Origin: Adineta vaga
Lineage: Eukaryota; Animalia; Rotifera
Length of the DNA: 64,000 nt
NCBI GenBank assembly: GCA_021613535.1
Contig: CP075495.1
Location: forward strand, 930,001-994,000
Direction of reading: 5' to 3'
This document shows, piece after piece, positions 37,370 through 51,683 of the stretch. Numbering within the stretch: the stretch's first letter is position 1; each line of letters opens with the position of its first letter. The position numbers were made by a program, and so were the translations under genes. The notes below the pieces were generated by a model. It made no database searches and was not told the DNA's origin. It was given only the letters and a program-made list of their open reading frames with translations.

Positions 37370-39478
37370 TTGTATTTTTCTATTAAATAATATTTTAATA
37401 TATGAGAAAGAAAAACAAGAACATCAGAGTAGATCTTTAGTTCACTTTTTATGTATTAGAAATGTTAATACTTATATGAAAAATGAGATTATTCCTCGAA
37501 AACAAATGGCTAATGATAGAAGAATATCCTCTAGCAAATACGAATGACGTACCTTGATGGAATATTTACTAAATAACTAGCTTTACTCGGTAAATTTTCA
37601 TTTTTAGTAAATAGAAATGAATCCATTTTATAAGTATATTCTTGCTTTCATTCACAACTTTAATCTTGGTGATACGAACGAAAATATTTTGAAGATGAAA
37701 AGAATACGGATTTATGTGTGAATGGAATAAAAGGAAAAATCTGTATCGTCATTTAAATACTCTTCCAATCTCTATACCAATTTCAATATTATTAATATTT
37801 TCGCACCCTTCAGATATCGATCTGAGTTCCTTTCAAAATCCATCCAGCAGTATCACGTATCCAGCACAAGGTGCTGCGTTTTTCATTGTAGATCAGCTCA
37901 TCTCCAAAAGACGGAATATGTGACATCATATTCTAAGCACTTTCTATACTGATAAGAACATGTTTATATATACGTAATCACACAAAGAAAAATAAATACA
38001 CATATATCACGAATAAAGAGAAGAAAGAAATGATATCATCGAAAAGAAAAGGATCTAAGTCGAGAGTAAAATGAAAGATGAGAAGGCTAAGATATGAAGA
38101 GATAGGTATCACCTGTAACATTTATGAACTTAAAAACAGACAAGTGAATATCTTTTCAAAATCTACATAATTTAATTGATTCTTTAGTCTACATTCTCAT
38201 CCTTTATTTAACTATTCATGAATTATTGACTAATACAATTGTCAATTTTCCATCTTTTCGTCTACTATGTAAAAATCTAACCAAATATAATTTGTTTGAC
38301 ATTTGATTTTAATTATCTAGGTAAAATTATTTTTGATTAATAGAATTAATTATTTTTTTACTTGATGATATTTTAGTAGTTCAAAACAAAGAAAAATTAT
38401 GATTATTACTGATTCAATCAATATTATTCTTTCTATCATTATATTTCAAATGAAATTATCTCGTCAAGTTACTACTTTTATTTATTCCAATTGATATATG
38501 ATTAATAATTCTATATTTCTTGCTATTCAATGTATTTGATTGAGCTATTTTTAAAAAGAAAAAAAAGCAATAGGACCAGCAAGTGAGTGATTATATATTC
38601 ATATTTTAATTCGAAGAAAAAAGAACATAGTAAATGTCTGACTAAATAAATAATATTTCTTGTCTTCGTAACATCAATTTATAGATGTTAATGGATTTTT
38701 TTCTTTCATTATGTTTATTTGATCATCAAAAATATACGTATTGAAATTGATTCGTTGAAAGGATACAATATATCAATAAGAACTTTTCATACTTTCTTTT
38801 CTACTCATTTCAAAAGTATTTCCAGGAGCAAGAAGGATTTTCTAAACGGATTATATCTTTAAAATATTTTCTAAAAAAGCAGCTTATAATCTGATTATAT
38901 CCTCGAATGTATTAGTAAAACATGTATATGAAAGCGTTTATAAATACTTTGAAAAGATTTTCTATTATAAGATATTCTTTTCAATCTATAGATAATGTTC
39001 GAGATAATTATATAAAGACTAGTAAGAAGATTTTTTCAACAAGAATATAATTTAAACGAAGATTAAAGTCTGTAAACTATCGAACAATTCAGATTGTTGA
39101 TTAAATTTGAAAAAAGAATTATATTTTAGTTTTCATATGATCTAAATAGAAAGAAAGAAAAAATTAATTTTCAACTTAATCAAAAATCTAATAATGACAA
39201 TTGAGATGACATTTCATAGATACTTTCATTGAAATAAGAAGAGGAAAAGAAATTAATTAAATTTCTTTTTCTTTTTTGTATTGATACCCATCACCCACTC
39301 ATTCACTTCAGTATTTGAAGTGAGTTTGAAAGATAATTGAACGAAAGTTTCATTCATGTCAAAATTGATTTCTCTAGAAACTTTTTCCTTGTTTATTTTC
39401 AATAAAAAAGGTTAAATTGAAGCAATATTATATTTTGATTTTCCTCATTATTTACAATGGAAACTAAAAAATTTCTTT

Positions 39479-41547
39479 TTATTGATATTGTTTTATATGA
39501 GAAGCTTTTGAATCACTAATTGATGTATTTGGTGGGGTTAATGGTGGAACATTTGTAGTAAAAATAAATCGTGCTCGATGTTTTTTTGGTTGTTGAATAA
39601 AATTTAATGAAAATTTTCTTTGACGTAATTGTAATTTCATTTTTTCTTTTTCTTGTTCACGTTCATTTTTATGTACAAATGATAAACGATAATGAAATGA
39701 TGTTCGATTACGATAATCACCTTGTAAATCTTGACGTGAAAATGTTCGTGATCCAATAACTAATTTATATTTTGACATTGAAAATGTAAATAAATTATCA
39801 CGATAATGATTTTGAGAACTTGTTTTTTGTATTGAACGATGATATGGATTCGTTGAATAAGGAGATGTTGGTGATCACCTATATCTCGATTATAATAAAT
39901 ATATGAACGACCATTACGATAAGAAGGTTTTGGAGATATATTTCTCCATCGACATAATGTTCTTTTAAAACTATTACGATATCGTCGTGACATAATATTA
40001 TATAGAAGAGGATTGACAGTTGCAGATAGATAATATAAAATACCTATTTAAGATATAATTTATGAGAATAATTTTAATCAATTTATAATGATTTACCTGA
40101 TGCAAAGAAAAGTATTTCTTGAAATTTTGTTACAGCATCTGATGTTATATGTTTATTTGCTTTATCTAATAATCGTGTTACAAATGCAGTTATACGTTGT
40201 GTATGAAATGGTGCCCAACAAATAAAAAATGCAATTACAACCGCCACTAAATAAATAAATGAGTAAATTCAATTGACAAAATTTCTTTTTTTTTTCTTTT
40301 TCTTTACCTAACATTTTCAGTACGGCACGTCGAGAATTCCGTATAGGACGCGATTTAATGATTGAAGCTGTATTTTGTCGTAACCAAAATTGTCGTTGAC
40401 CACGTTGATGTAAAATAATATGTTCATGTTTATTTCCTTCATGATGATTCAATGAACGATGACTAGCTTTATATAAAGTAATACCCATTAAAACATAAAG
40501 AACAGTAATAACAATAATAGGTACAAGAAAAACCAAAAATGTTGTTACAGCCATATAATATAACATTGGTTCCCAATATTCTGGACGAATGGCACATATT
40601 CGACTATCAAGAATTTCAATAGTCATATTTCGAATTTCATTTTTAACACTAACAAAAACACCTAAGTTAACATAAACAAACAAACAAAGAATTATGAAAT
40701 ATTGTAATGTATATAGTTTACCAGCTGTGAATGTATAAGGTACAGCTAAAAGAAATGATAAAAACCAGACAATCATAATCATTTTTAATGCACGATTTAA
40801 ACCGCCGAGAACTTTTTGAGAAATAATAGGAAAACAAATTGCTAAATAACGTTCGATGGTAAAACATAATACCGTTAAAATCGATGCAGATGTAACTATT
40901 TCTAATACAACTGTACGAAATACACAAAATGATTCACCAAATATCCTTGATAGAAAAAAAAAACAGAATTCTTAATAAATTAAAAACAAATGAATATTTT
41001 CTAATTTTACCATGGCCATGATTCATAAATATTGTACATTTCGACTGATAAACCTAAACAAAAAAAATCAATAAATGATAATGAGAAAGTTTCTAAGTGA
41101 ATAGAAATATCATCAAACTATTTGACATTAACATTTGTTGACAACTCTATCGATATAGATACAACTTCAACTATCTCATTAAGATAACTAAAAAGCAATG
41201 ATATTTACCCAAACTAATTAATAGTAAATCCGAAACAGCAAGAGAAAAAAGATAAAAATTCGTTGGAGTATGCATATCACGACTTTTCCAAATAGTCACA
41301 CATGTACCTAATAATAGAAAAGGAAATATAGATATATTTTTTTTTAATTAGCTCCTAAATCTTTCTTACAAAGATTTCCTGTTAATCCAGTCGCAAAGAT
41401 GAATGAATAAAGTGATATAAGTAATGGAAACGTGAATTTATTTCGTCGTCGATGTCCCAAAAAGTTAACAACACTTTTACTTAATTCATTTTCTTCATTA
41501 AAAGTTAAATTAAAACCTTTTGGTGAAATATCCAAAGATGAAATCAT
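39479..41547 (-). CDS. Neuropeptide GPCR, neuromedin-U/pyrokinin/capa receptor-like (multi-exon)
   Basis: [82 protein letters not shown] across GT-AG introns. Confidence 0.88.
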
Positions 41548-44500
41548 TTGATTTTGTTTTTTAATCTCTTTCAATTGTATATTGATATTTGATTAACTAA
41601 AAATATATAGAACAATATAATTTCTATTCCAAATTCTTGTATTTACTTGCAAAAAAAGAATACGTTGTTTTCTCCGTTCTATGTCAATACATCTCTCGTC
41701 GTTTCTTCTCTTCTTGCAAATGTTTCTTCGAAGTAACTATGTCATCTATAGATAGTTCTGACGATATAAATCATAGTATTCACAGTTTCTCTTTTCCTTC
41801 GTTATGTCTTTCTTTTTCTTATTCTACTATTTCTAAATGATTTTATTCAATTTTTTTTCTTCATAATAAAAATTACATTAGATTCAAAATCTAATTGAAT
41901 AAGTTCGAGAGAGAAATATATATATATATATCTTTCATACATTACAATGTTATTTTCTTTATAAAGATAAAAAAGAAAAAGATCGTTAGATAATAAAATT
42001 CCATAGGAAATATAGTATCATTGAAAATACAAAAGAAAAACACTCGACTCAGATTTATAAAAGTTATTCAAGCAATAAATTCTATAGATATTTATTTTCT
42101 TCGTTCGTATCCAATGATAAACATATAAATTACTAGAGTAATTAAATAACCGATAACTTTCTTTTTATTTCTATCGGAAACCAATACGTTTCATATGTCT
42201 ATAAATTGATTAGCATAACAGAAAAAGAAAAAAAAATAAGAAGAGAGAAACATAAGATTCTTCTTTAACTTTCAATCGTTTGACATCAATGTACATTTTG
42301 TTATGAATAGAGAAGAAGAAGAAGAAGAAGAAGATATAAATCATTCTTTTTTCAATTTCATATATTATATACACAAAGGAATTCTATCGAGGTCAATTTT
42401 ATACTAACAACTGTTAATTGATCATAGATCAAATAACACTTGTATTTGTCATCACTCGACAAATGTTAAAGAGTAAAAGACAATTGAATTTTTATTTAAG
42501 AAATTCAAAATCTATATAGATGATGAAAGATATGATTCTTTTTTCATCATTATAGACTATATTTTATTGTTAGTATTCTTTTGTCAGCACATCAACACAA
42601 TTCTGACACGACATATATATTATAAACCTATTTATATATATATATATATAACATAACAGAAACTATTCGATGTATGTCAAATATGCTAAAAGCATATTTT
42701 GTCTTTTTCTTTTTTTTTCTTTGTCAAAAACAAAAACAAACATATCGTTCGTTACTTTACGTTTGATTCTCCTGAGAAAATCTTTCCGATCGATAGAACT
42801 AATCATCAACAATTACAATGTCGATATAAAGTATATAGTAACATCTAGAGAAACGAAGAATTGACAAAAGAAAGAAATCAATTATATCTTAAATGATTTG
42901 ACTAGACTGACAAATATAAGAAGGGTCTGTTCGATCGGAAAGAATTATATATATATATATATATTTATATTAACAAGCTAATGGACTTCGTCAGTTAGAC
43001 TAGATAATTACAAAATAAAAAAGATCAATTACTACAATACTTCTTCCTACATAATATTATTAGTTATTCGATTGTCAAATATACATATATTTAGTTATTT
43101 TTAATCACATTTCATTTTCTATTTTGAAAATAATCTCTTCATTTAGAATTTAGAATAAAATTAATTTCAAAGTGTTATTTTTAGTATACGGAAATAATAT
43201 TTATAGAGTTTTAGTAAAAAAATAATGAAAATACTTATTAAACGAAAGGAAACATTACTATATTCATGTCTTTCGACTTCTTATTCTAATATTTGAGAAA
43301 AATACTATAGTCGTACATTGAAACACATCCGATAAATACAGGAAATTAGACTACTGATTTATAAACATCACATCATATATTTCGATAATAAATCATTCGA
43401 TAAAAGTGATGAAAACTAAGAGAATACTCATCTTAAGTCATGTACTAATCGCATGATACTTTGATAATTATTGTTGAAACTATTAATAAATATACTATAT
43501 TGATAATATCATTCTATTTGTATAGAAAATTAATTTTATTGTGTTAAAATTGTGCATGACAATCTTTTTTTGTTTTAAACGCAATCGTATTAATTTATAA
43601 AAAGATTTATTAATTAATATATTTTCATTTCTAATTTAAACCCTCTAGTACTAATAAATATTAATAAAAAGAAGAAAAAAAAAGTAATCAGACCTTTAAT
43701 ATAGATTTTTCGACAAAATTATAAGAATAAGGTTTTTTTTTCATTTTATTCTCTTCCTCTAATTTGGTTTAAGAGTACCTGAATATATACAATAAAGAAA
43801 AAATTTGTTTTTATATTTTTATCCATTATTATATGTACTTAGAAACATATATAGTAAACATTAATCTAAGGTCAAACGTTTTAGTCCATTTATAATCGAT
43901 AGAAATAATATGTACCTATATGACGGAAAAAGAGAAAAAGATGATGATGATAACAAACATGCGAGTAATTCTATCTTAATTTTATCAATACATAGCATGT
44001 AGATTGTATATTTAGAATTATTATAATAAAGTTAATATATAATGATTGGAGATTGTTTTTCACAACAGAAATTAGTAGGTGAAACAGTATGCTATTTTGT
44101 TTTTATCCGTGGTTTTAATATTTAATGGAATATCAATTTCGAGATTTTTCTTCAACGAAATTCTCTAAAAGAAAACTATTTTTATCTTCGTATTTATAAC
44201 TTCGCTATCATGATAATAATAACAATATATATGGTAATAGATAGAATTTGAATTATTAATGGACTGAGACCGTGAAAAAGAACTTGTTATACGCGATCAT
44301 ATAATATAGTCTCATGAAAATGAATGAGATATATTATGTGAAATGACTCAAATCTTTAAATAATCGTCTAATTCTAACAAAAAAATGAACATGAATATTA
44401 CATGCAACGAAAAAACTATATAATCATATTAGAATTTACAAAAATTTATAATAGATGTCGCTAAATAAAATTTTGTCAATAGGAAAAAATAGATAATTAT

Positions 44501-44642
44501 TTTCTTTTTTTTTCTTAAATAGAAATTTTCAAATAAGTTTTTCTTTAAAAATCTAATTTCATATACAAAACCAATCATATCTATTTGCGGATAAATTAGA
44601 AACGAATTAACCGAACTAAAATTAATTTTATTCAAATCAACT

Positions 44643-45445
44643 ATGAATTGGACTATTCGTCGACCGTTTCGTGAACAATTTGCCTATGATATTGTAATTA
44701 ATCTTTTTTATCATAAAGAAAAAAACGTTTTATTAAAATAATTTTTAGGGTCGAAATCGAAATACAAATCAACGTACAATACCTTATGTAGCACCTAAAA
44801 CATTTTCTAATCAACCAATTGATGCTATTCGTCTTGAATTAGCTGATTATCGTGCACCATGTCCAGTTCATAATCCTCGAGCAAGATATGATCCATATAT
44901 TCGAACATTTCCTGAACGTCGATCAACAAATTCTTCATCAATTCGTTCAGTTTCAACATTTGAAACAGATCTTGTTCATCAGTAAAAAGATTTCTTTTAT
45001 TTTTTATTAAAATTTTTTCAAATTCTTCTTTTAGACGAGTATCAACTCTTCATTCATATCCATCATCAACATCAATTCTCGAACGAGAAGAAATCATTAA
45101 TGAATCAGATGAATCTAATCATGATCGAATTCTTGCAATTGAACAACCATTAAATAAAATAACAGATGAACAAATTGAAGAAGAAACTTCAAGTCAAGTA
45201 AGAAAATAAAAATAAAAAAACAAATTTCTTTTTTTCTTTTTCTTAAGTGTCGAACATGTGTAATGTTAATGGAAATAATTGAACATCAAAGTCAACAAAT
45301 TCGACAATGTACAGAACAAATATCTCAACAAGCTGATTTATTAGCAAAATTAAGTCGACGTTTAGCTGGAATTGAAGAAGGTACTGATGAATTAAAATCA
45401 GATCAAAATTCTCAACGAACAACAAATCCAGTTGGAGACAAATAA
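44643..45445 (+). CDS. Uncharacterised 4-exon protein with C-terminal coiled coil
   Basis: The exons splice in frame: MNWTIRRPFREQFAYDI|GRNRN...CPVHNP...|...|CRTCVMLMEIIEHQSQQIRQCTEQISQQADLLAKLSRRL. Confidence 0.6.
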
Positions 45446-45499
45446 ATTTTATTATTTTACTTTTTGTTATTTTCTTAGAATAATAGGAAAAAAAATGAA

Positions 45500-46812
45500 T
45501 TAGAAATTTGTAAATAATAAAGAATAAAATAATTGAATTGGTTTTGAAAAATAAATAATAAAAATGATTAATGGATGAAGTTCTTCTTGAATAATAATTC
45601 CAAATGGTTTATAATTCTTTCCAAATAACCATTTTGTTAATTGATAATACATTCGAGGAAGATTACCAATTCGATGATGATATTCATGAGTTTCTTTAAA
45701 ACTAAATAAAAACAGAAATATTTTTAATAAAAATAATTCATTTTATATTTATTTTACTAATTAACATAAGTTGATGTTGAAAGATTATTTACAAGTAAAT
45801 AACCACTTAAAGTAATTGGTGATGAAAATCCCATACGTTTAGAAAAAATTATCTTTTTAATTTTGACAAATTTATCAATAGTAATTAATTGATGTTTAAG
45901 TGTTACTTGAAAAGCACAAATTGTTTGAATTGTTTTAGTTAAATTATCAAAAATAACAATATAATGTTCACGAGTTAAACTTATTTCATGTCCTTCAACA
46001 GTTATAAATGTATAAAAATCAACTAAATTATAAAATAAAAGAAAATTTTTTGATTTACAAATGAAAAGTTATCTAAACTTGAAATATTTGATCCAGCATG
46101 AATAACTATAATGATTTCATCTTCAATTAAATATTGACCATCATTTGTTAATGTCCAAACTCTATCACCTGATTTTAAACTACCAATTCGACGATAGCCA
46201 CCATCAGTCAGTTTAACATAATCATTACTGTAATAACACCCTATATTTATATATATATATATATATAAAATCAAAATGTTATTTATCTATATTCTATGAC
46301 TTACATGGTCCACCATTGTTTTTTTTAGTTGTAGTTGAAACAAATGCTAAAATAAAAGTATAATAATTTAGATTAATTATATAAACATACAAAAGTTATT
46401 GGATAATGTTGTAGTTGAACTATTGGAAACTAAATTATTGAAAATAAATAATCGAATTAATAAAATTTAGAATTACAATAGAAAAACCTTTACTTAATAC
46501 TGTTGATGATAATATAAGAAATTCAGGAAAGAAATAAATACTATCATTGAATATAATTAATCCTGTATCATTATTCAAATAATTATATATTAATTCACAT
46601 GTTCGATTTGTCATAAAATAATTCCAACCAATAGCATTATTATTAAAAGCAATACATTTACATTCTCTTGATGTTATATTAGGATATATATGAGTTGGAT
46701 TTAATGTTCTATAGATATGATTACAGATATGACCAATACGAAATGAATAAACATTATTTATTAGAAAGAATATCAATATAATAATAAACTTATCATTCAA
46801 ATAACGATACAT
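45500..46812 (-). CDS. Secreted PAN/apple-like + Ser/Thr linker + Hint/Hog (hedgehog-type autoprocessing) protein, 6 exons
   Basis: Signal peptide; ECKCIAF...WNY...CEL PAN-like domain; Hint blocks CYYSNDYVKLTDGGYRRIGSLKSGDRV, ISLTREH and GFSSPITLSGYLLVNNLSTSTY; SRR-like tail LPRMYY...LHP. Exons 46812-46494, 46429-46391, 46346-46305, 46240-46079, 46022-45758, 45701-45500. Confidence 0.82.
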
Positions 46813-47176
46813 TATGAATAGTAAAGAAAAAGTTTATTCGTACTTTTATATTTGATTAAAAAAAGACAGAAAGTTCATGATTATATAATGATGTTTTCTC
46901 AATAAACATCCGTTTCTTATTTGTATACTCAATAACAGTTTGATCTCAAGAAATAAAATGTACTTTGAAATTCTTTCCGGTTTTATTATTCAAAAAACCA
47001 AGTAAATAATTATCATACAAAAATACTGACGTCATATGAGAGACGATACTTTTATCAACTAAAAACAAAAAACATCATCGATAATCCATTCTATCAAATA
47101 TTTACATACCTCGATTTGATCTCTTTGATATATATATATAACGTCTATTTTCTTTTCTTTTCTTTTCTTTTCTAAT

Positions 47177-48804
47177 ATGATGATGTATAATCTCTTTTAT
47201 ATTATTGGAATAATTTTATTTGGTTATTTTGAACAAAGTCAAACTTCGAATGTAAGTTGAATTATCTGATGAAATTCTTTGTGTTTTTTTTTCTTTGCGT
47301 AAAAAGATGTATTTTAGGAATATCGTGATGATTCATCGTTAGGTGAACCACCTTATCCTTTTAATGGATCATATTCAATGATTATTTTAATTGGTGGAAT
47401 GGTTTATGGTCATTCAGAATATCTTAGTAAACCACAACGAAAAGATGTAATTATTTCTAATGGAAAAATATTAAGTTTAATGGATCCATCAAAAACATTT
47501 TCATTTATTGAAAGTATTCAAAAAAGTCAATTATCTATTCTTCCAATTACTATTCAAGATCAATTGATTATTCCTGGATTGATTGATGTTCATGTTCATG
47601 CTATTGGTGGTGGTGGTGAACAAGGTTTGATTTTCTTTTCTTTTTTTTATTATTTAATATCGAAAATGTTTATCATATGTTTATTTTCTTAGGTCCATAT
47701 TCTCGAACACCAGAAAGTCGTTTATCAGAATTAATTCAAGGTGGTTTAACTTCTATTGTTGGTATACTTGGAACAGATGGTATTAGTCGAAGGTTGGTTT
47801 ATTTGAATGTTATTTCTTTAATTGATTTCTTTTTATTTAGTTTATCTGCTTTATTACAAAAAATGAAAGTATTTATATATATATATATATATATTTAAAT
47901 TTCATATTGATAAAGAATAAAATTTTCTTCTTAAAGAGTTTAGAACATGAAGGTTTATCAACATGGATGTGGACTGGTAGTTATCGTATTCCTATTGTTA
48001 CTCTTACTGGTTCTCTTCAACAAGATTTAATTCTTATTGATAAAATACTTGGTGCTGGTGAATTAGCATTGAGTGATCATCGTTCAAGTTGGCCAAACAA
48101 ATCTGAACTTGTTCAATTGATTAGTGATGCACGTACTGCTGGAATGCTGAGTGGAAAATTAGGTGTTATTCATTTTCATTTAGGTTCAGCTTTAACAAAA
48201 ATTGATTTACTTTGGCAAATATTAAATGAAACAACAATTCCAATTCAACATATGTATTTAACTCATATGTCATCACGTGGTGATGCATTAATTGAAGAAG
48301 CTAAAAAATGGATTCAAGCTGGTGGTATGTGTGATTTTTCAGCAGATACAGATGTTCTCAATGAAACAGAAACAATGGATACATTAAATAAATTTCGATT
48401 AGAAAAACTTCCTCTTAAACAAATAACAATTTCAAGTGATGCTTATGGGTAAATTAATAATTAAATGACTCTTTTCTTATTTTGAACTATTTAGATCATT
48501 TCCTGAATTTGATTCAACTGGTCAATTAGTATCTTATGGAATGGGTTTACCAAATTCTGGTTTTAAAACAATACAAAAACTTGTATTAAAATATTCTTGG
48601 CCATTAGAAGAAGCTATTCAATTTCAAACATCAAATCCAGCATTATATTTGAAATTATCAGGAAAAGGTTTTATAGGAAAAGATTATGATGCTGATATTC
48701 TTATTTTAAATAAAACAAATCTCGAATTAATGTATGTTTTTAGTAAAGGAAAAATTTTAAAAACACCAACATGGATTAAACATAGTATGTTTGAAAAATA
48801 TTAA
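47177..48804 (+). CDS. iadA: Isoaspartyl dipeptidase (beta-aspartyl peptidase, IadA-like amidohydrolase) with N-terminal signal peptide, 6 exons
   Basis: PGLIDVHVHAIGGGGEQG, SRTPE, GILGTDGISR, TGSY, LSDHRSS, GMLSGK..HFHLG, THM, SSDAYGS. Exon 1 encodes MMMYNLFYIIGIILFGYFEQSQTSN. Confidence 0.9.
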
Positions 48805-48909
48805 TAAATAAATTTTCATTTGAATTATCATTTACATATATTATTTTATTTTAAATATCTACATTAAAAAGAAAGAAAAAGAAAAGAAATTTCTTATACA
48901 AATCAAATG

Positions 48910-50964
48910 TTATTGATCAACTTTATTTAAAACACGTACAATGTCATTGCGTATTTCCATTACATATGGATGTGTTGTAATAAACGACTGTCGAAGAACA
49001 GCAGCTGCTTTTTTATAATAAGTTAATGCACGTTCATTTTCATTCATATCTTCATAAGCTAAACCAATATTTCGTAATGTAAATGCAATATCTGGATGTT
49101 GTGCTGGTAATGATTGTGTACGAATTTTTAATGATTTTTGAAAATGTTCTAATGATAATTCTTTATTACCTAAAATACGTTGAAGTACACCAATATTTCC
49201 ATATGCATCACCAAGATGTGGATGATTTACTGGAAGACATTTTTCCCATGTAGCCAATGATTTTTGATAGGCATCTAATGCTTCATAATATCGTTTTTCT
49301 TTTTGATAAACATTACCCATATTATTTAAACATGATGCAACATCATAATGATTTTCACCATAAATTCTTTTACATATTGTTAATGCTTTATTAAATGAAT
49401 CTAATGCAGCTTGATAATCACCTTTTTGTGCATAAACAGTTGCAATACTATTATAATTTGATGCCATACGTGGATGATCAACTTCTAATCGTTGCATATC
49501 AATTTCTAATAATTTTTTATGCCATTTTAAACTTGTTTCATAATCACCTTTATTATAAGCAACACTTCCTAATTGAAAATAACAATCAACAATATCACCA
49601 TGATAAGGTGAAAGTTGATTAACTAAACGTAAAAGATATTTTTCTGCATAATCAAATTTACCCATTTTACGTAAAATTCGACCAAATTTTAAAAGATTTG
49701 TTTCTTTATCACCTGGTTCATTTTTCATATGTTGAAAAAGTGATTGAAATTGATGATCATCAAATGAACATAAACTCATTTGAATAATCCATATACCATG
49801 ACGATCTTGACGAATTTTATTTATTTTAAATATTGATCCAACCATAAAAAGAATTTCTTCTTCATCAGGATAATAACTTAATGTTGTTATATTACTAAAT
49901 GGTTTGATATTTTGTGTACGTGGATCAGCATCAATTTCAAAAAAAACTTCTTCAACATCATTTGTTATATCAGCAAGTGATAAAAATGAATGAGCACGTT
50001 GACGATTTAAACTTGTTGAAAGAAATGAATTCATAGAAATAATTTTATCAACTGATCGACTTAATAAACGAATTTCAGATTTTGACATAACTTGTGCACG
50101 ATAAACACGTATTGGAATTTTACATTTATTTTTTGTTAATTGTTGTTCAATATCACGAATAAAAAAACGAAATAAATAAAGTAAATCAATATTTTGAACA
50201 CGAAGTGCTTTATTTAATAAACGATGAAGAAATGAATGACGTGTATACCACCATAATGATCGTTCAGATGTATAATTACTTTCAAATTCTTTTAAAATTT
50301 TTAATTCAAATCGATTATCTTTATATAATTGACTACATAATTGAATTAATTCAGCATGATCTTTAGGTGTTGATGTCATTCGAATAAGACAATCAATTAA
50401 TAATTGAAAATGAAGAAATTGTCCATTTAAATCACTTGTTGATTGTTCTTCACTACTTCGACTTGAATTAAATATATTAATTAATAAAGAATCATCAATT
50501 TTCGAATGATGTCGTTGAATTTGATCAGATTTTAATTGTTTTATTAATTCACTTAATTTTGTAAAAATACCTTTGATCTAAATCGAATAAAAACAATTTA
50601 ATCTTTTGAAAAAAATTAAAATTACTTTTGAATAATGTTGTGCCCATTGTTGATGAGTTTGTAGATCATAACAATAAACATAAATAGAAATAATTTGTCG
50701 TAAATGAACAGTTTTTGGTACAATAAGTCGTCCTAATTTTCCATTAACAATTAAAACAATTCTATCATGATCATGTAATGAAAGAATATATCTCATACAA
50801 AGATCAAGATCTTCAAATGTTTTTAAATGATTTATTGTATGACGAAGTTTTTTTTGTGCTTGAAGATTTTGTTGAGAATCATTAACAGCTGCATCAAGCC
50901 ATAATAATGAATAAGTTTCAAAATTTTCATCTGCTTCAGTTGTATGAGATAATGCTGTTTCCAT
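48910..50964 (-). CDS. Receiver-like N-domain + mono-ADP-ribosyltransferase (R-S-E) domain + TPR repeats (2 exons)
   Basis: LLWLD...RIVLIV...IYVYC N-domain; WWYTRHSFLHRLLNKALR, VYRAQ, FLSTS, EEEILF; kinesin-light-chain-type TPRs (HPRMASNYNSIA, HPDIAFTLRNIG). Confidence 0.88.
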
Positions 50965-51498
50965 CTTATTGTCAATTTTTCATATGTTTTCTTTATTTCG
51001 TTGTTTTTTCGTTTGGAAATTGTACAAATGAATATGTTAGAAAAACAAAATCAATGACGTTTTCTAATTAGAGTAACACAATGTGTGACTTGACGTGTTA
51101 ACTATCTCTACAAGTTATCAGTAGAGTGGAAAAATCATAGTATAATTTGTGTTTTTCTCATTCTCCAATGTTTTTCGTCTTTTCTCGTTCCATACAATAA
51201 ATTATGTTTTGCATATTTTTATTTCTTATAAGAAAATAATTGAGGTTATATATTTGATTTTCTGCATGGAAAACTTTGAAAGGTTACTATGCCGATCTTG
51301 TACTATGTACTGGAACGAATATTATCATGTGTATACAGTTCATTTACATAATGTTTTTGCGTCACATTAGTTATTAAATGAAAGAATATTTATCTTTCAA
51401 ATTGTTTCTCAATGATATTTTTCAAAATTTGTTGAATAGATTACAATTTAATGTTGTCAATTTATATTCATATAAAATAAAACAAAATAAGATCATAA

Positions 51499-51683
51499 TC
51501 AGAAGAAGAAGAAATAATTATTTCTCATATAAATGGTTGGGATTTAACTATGGATGATGATGATGCACCGATGAAAGTCAAGAAACATTAGTAGCAGATG
51601 GAAATGGGAAAGGTTATCAACTATTCAATTCGAATGATCATTTCTATGTTGTTGAAACTTCAATAAAAAAAGTAATCGATTAA
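51499..51683 (+). pseudogene. Degenerate NHL-repeat gene fragment
   Basis: Broken frames read EEEIIISHINGWDLTMDD and TLVADGNGKGYQL, paralleling QQEILIENIQCYGLYMDK and VVAGGNGRGNQL in the 53664 gene. Confidence 0.5.
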
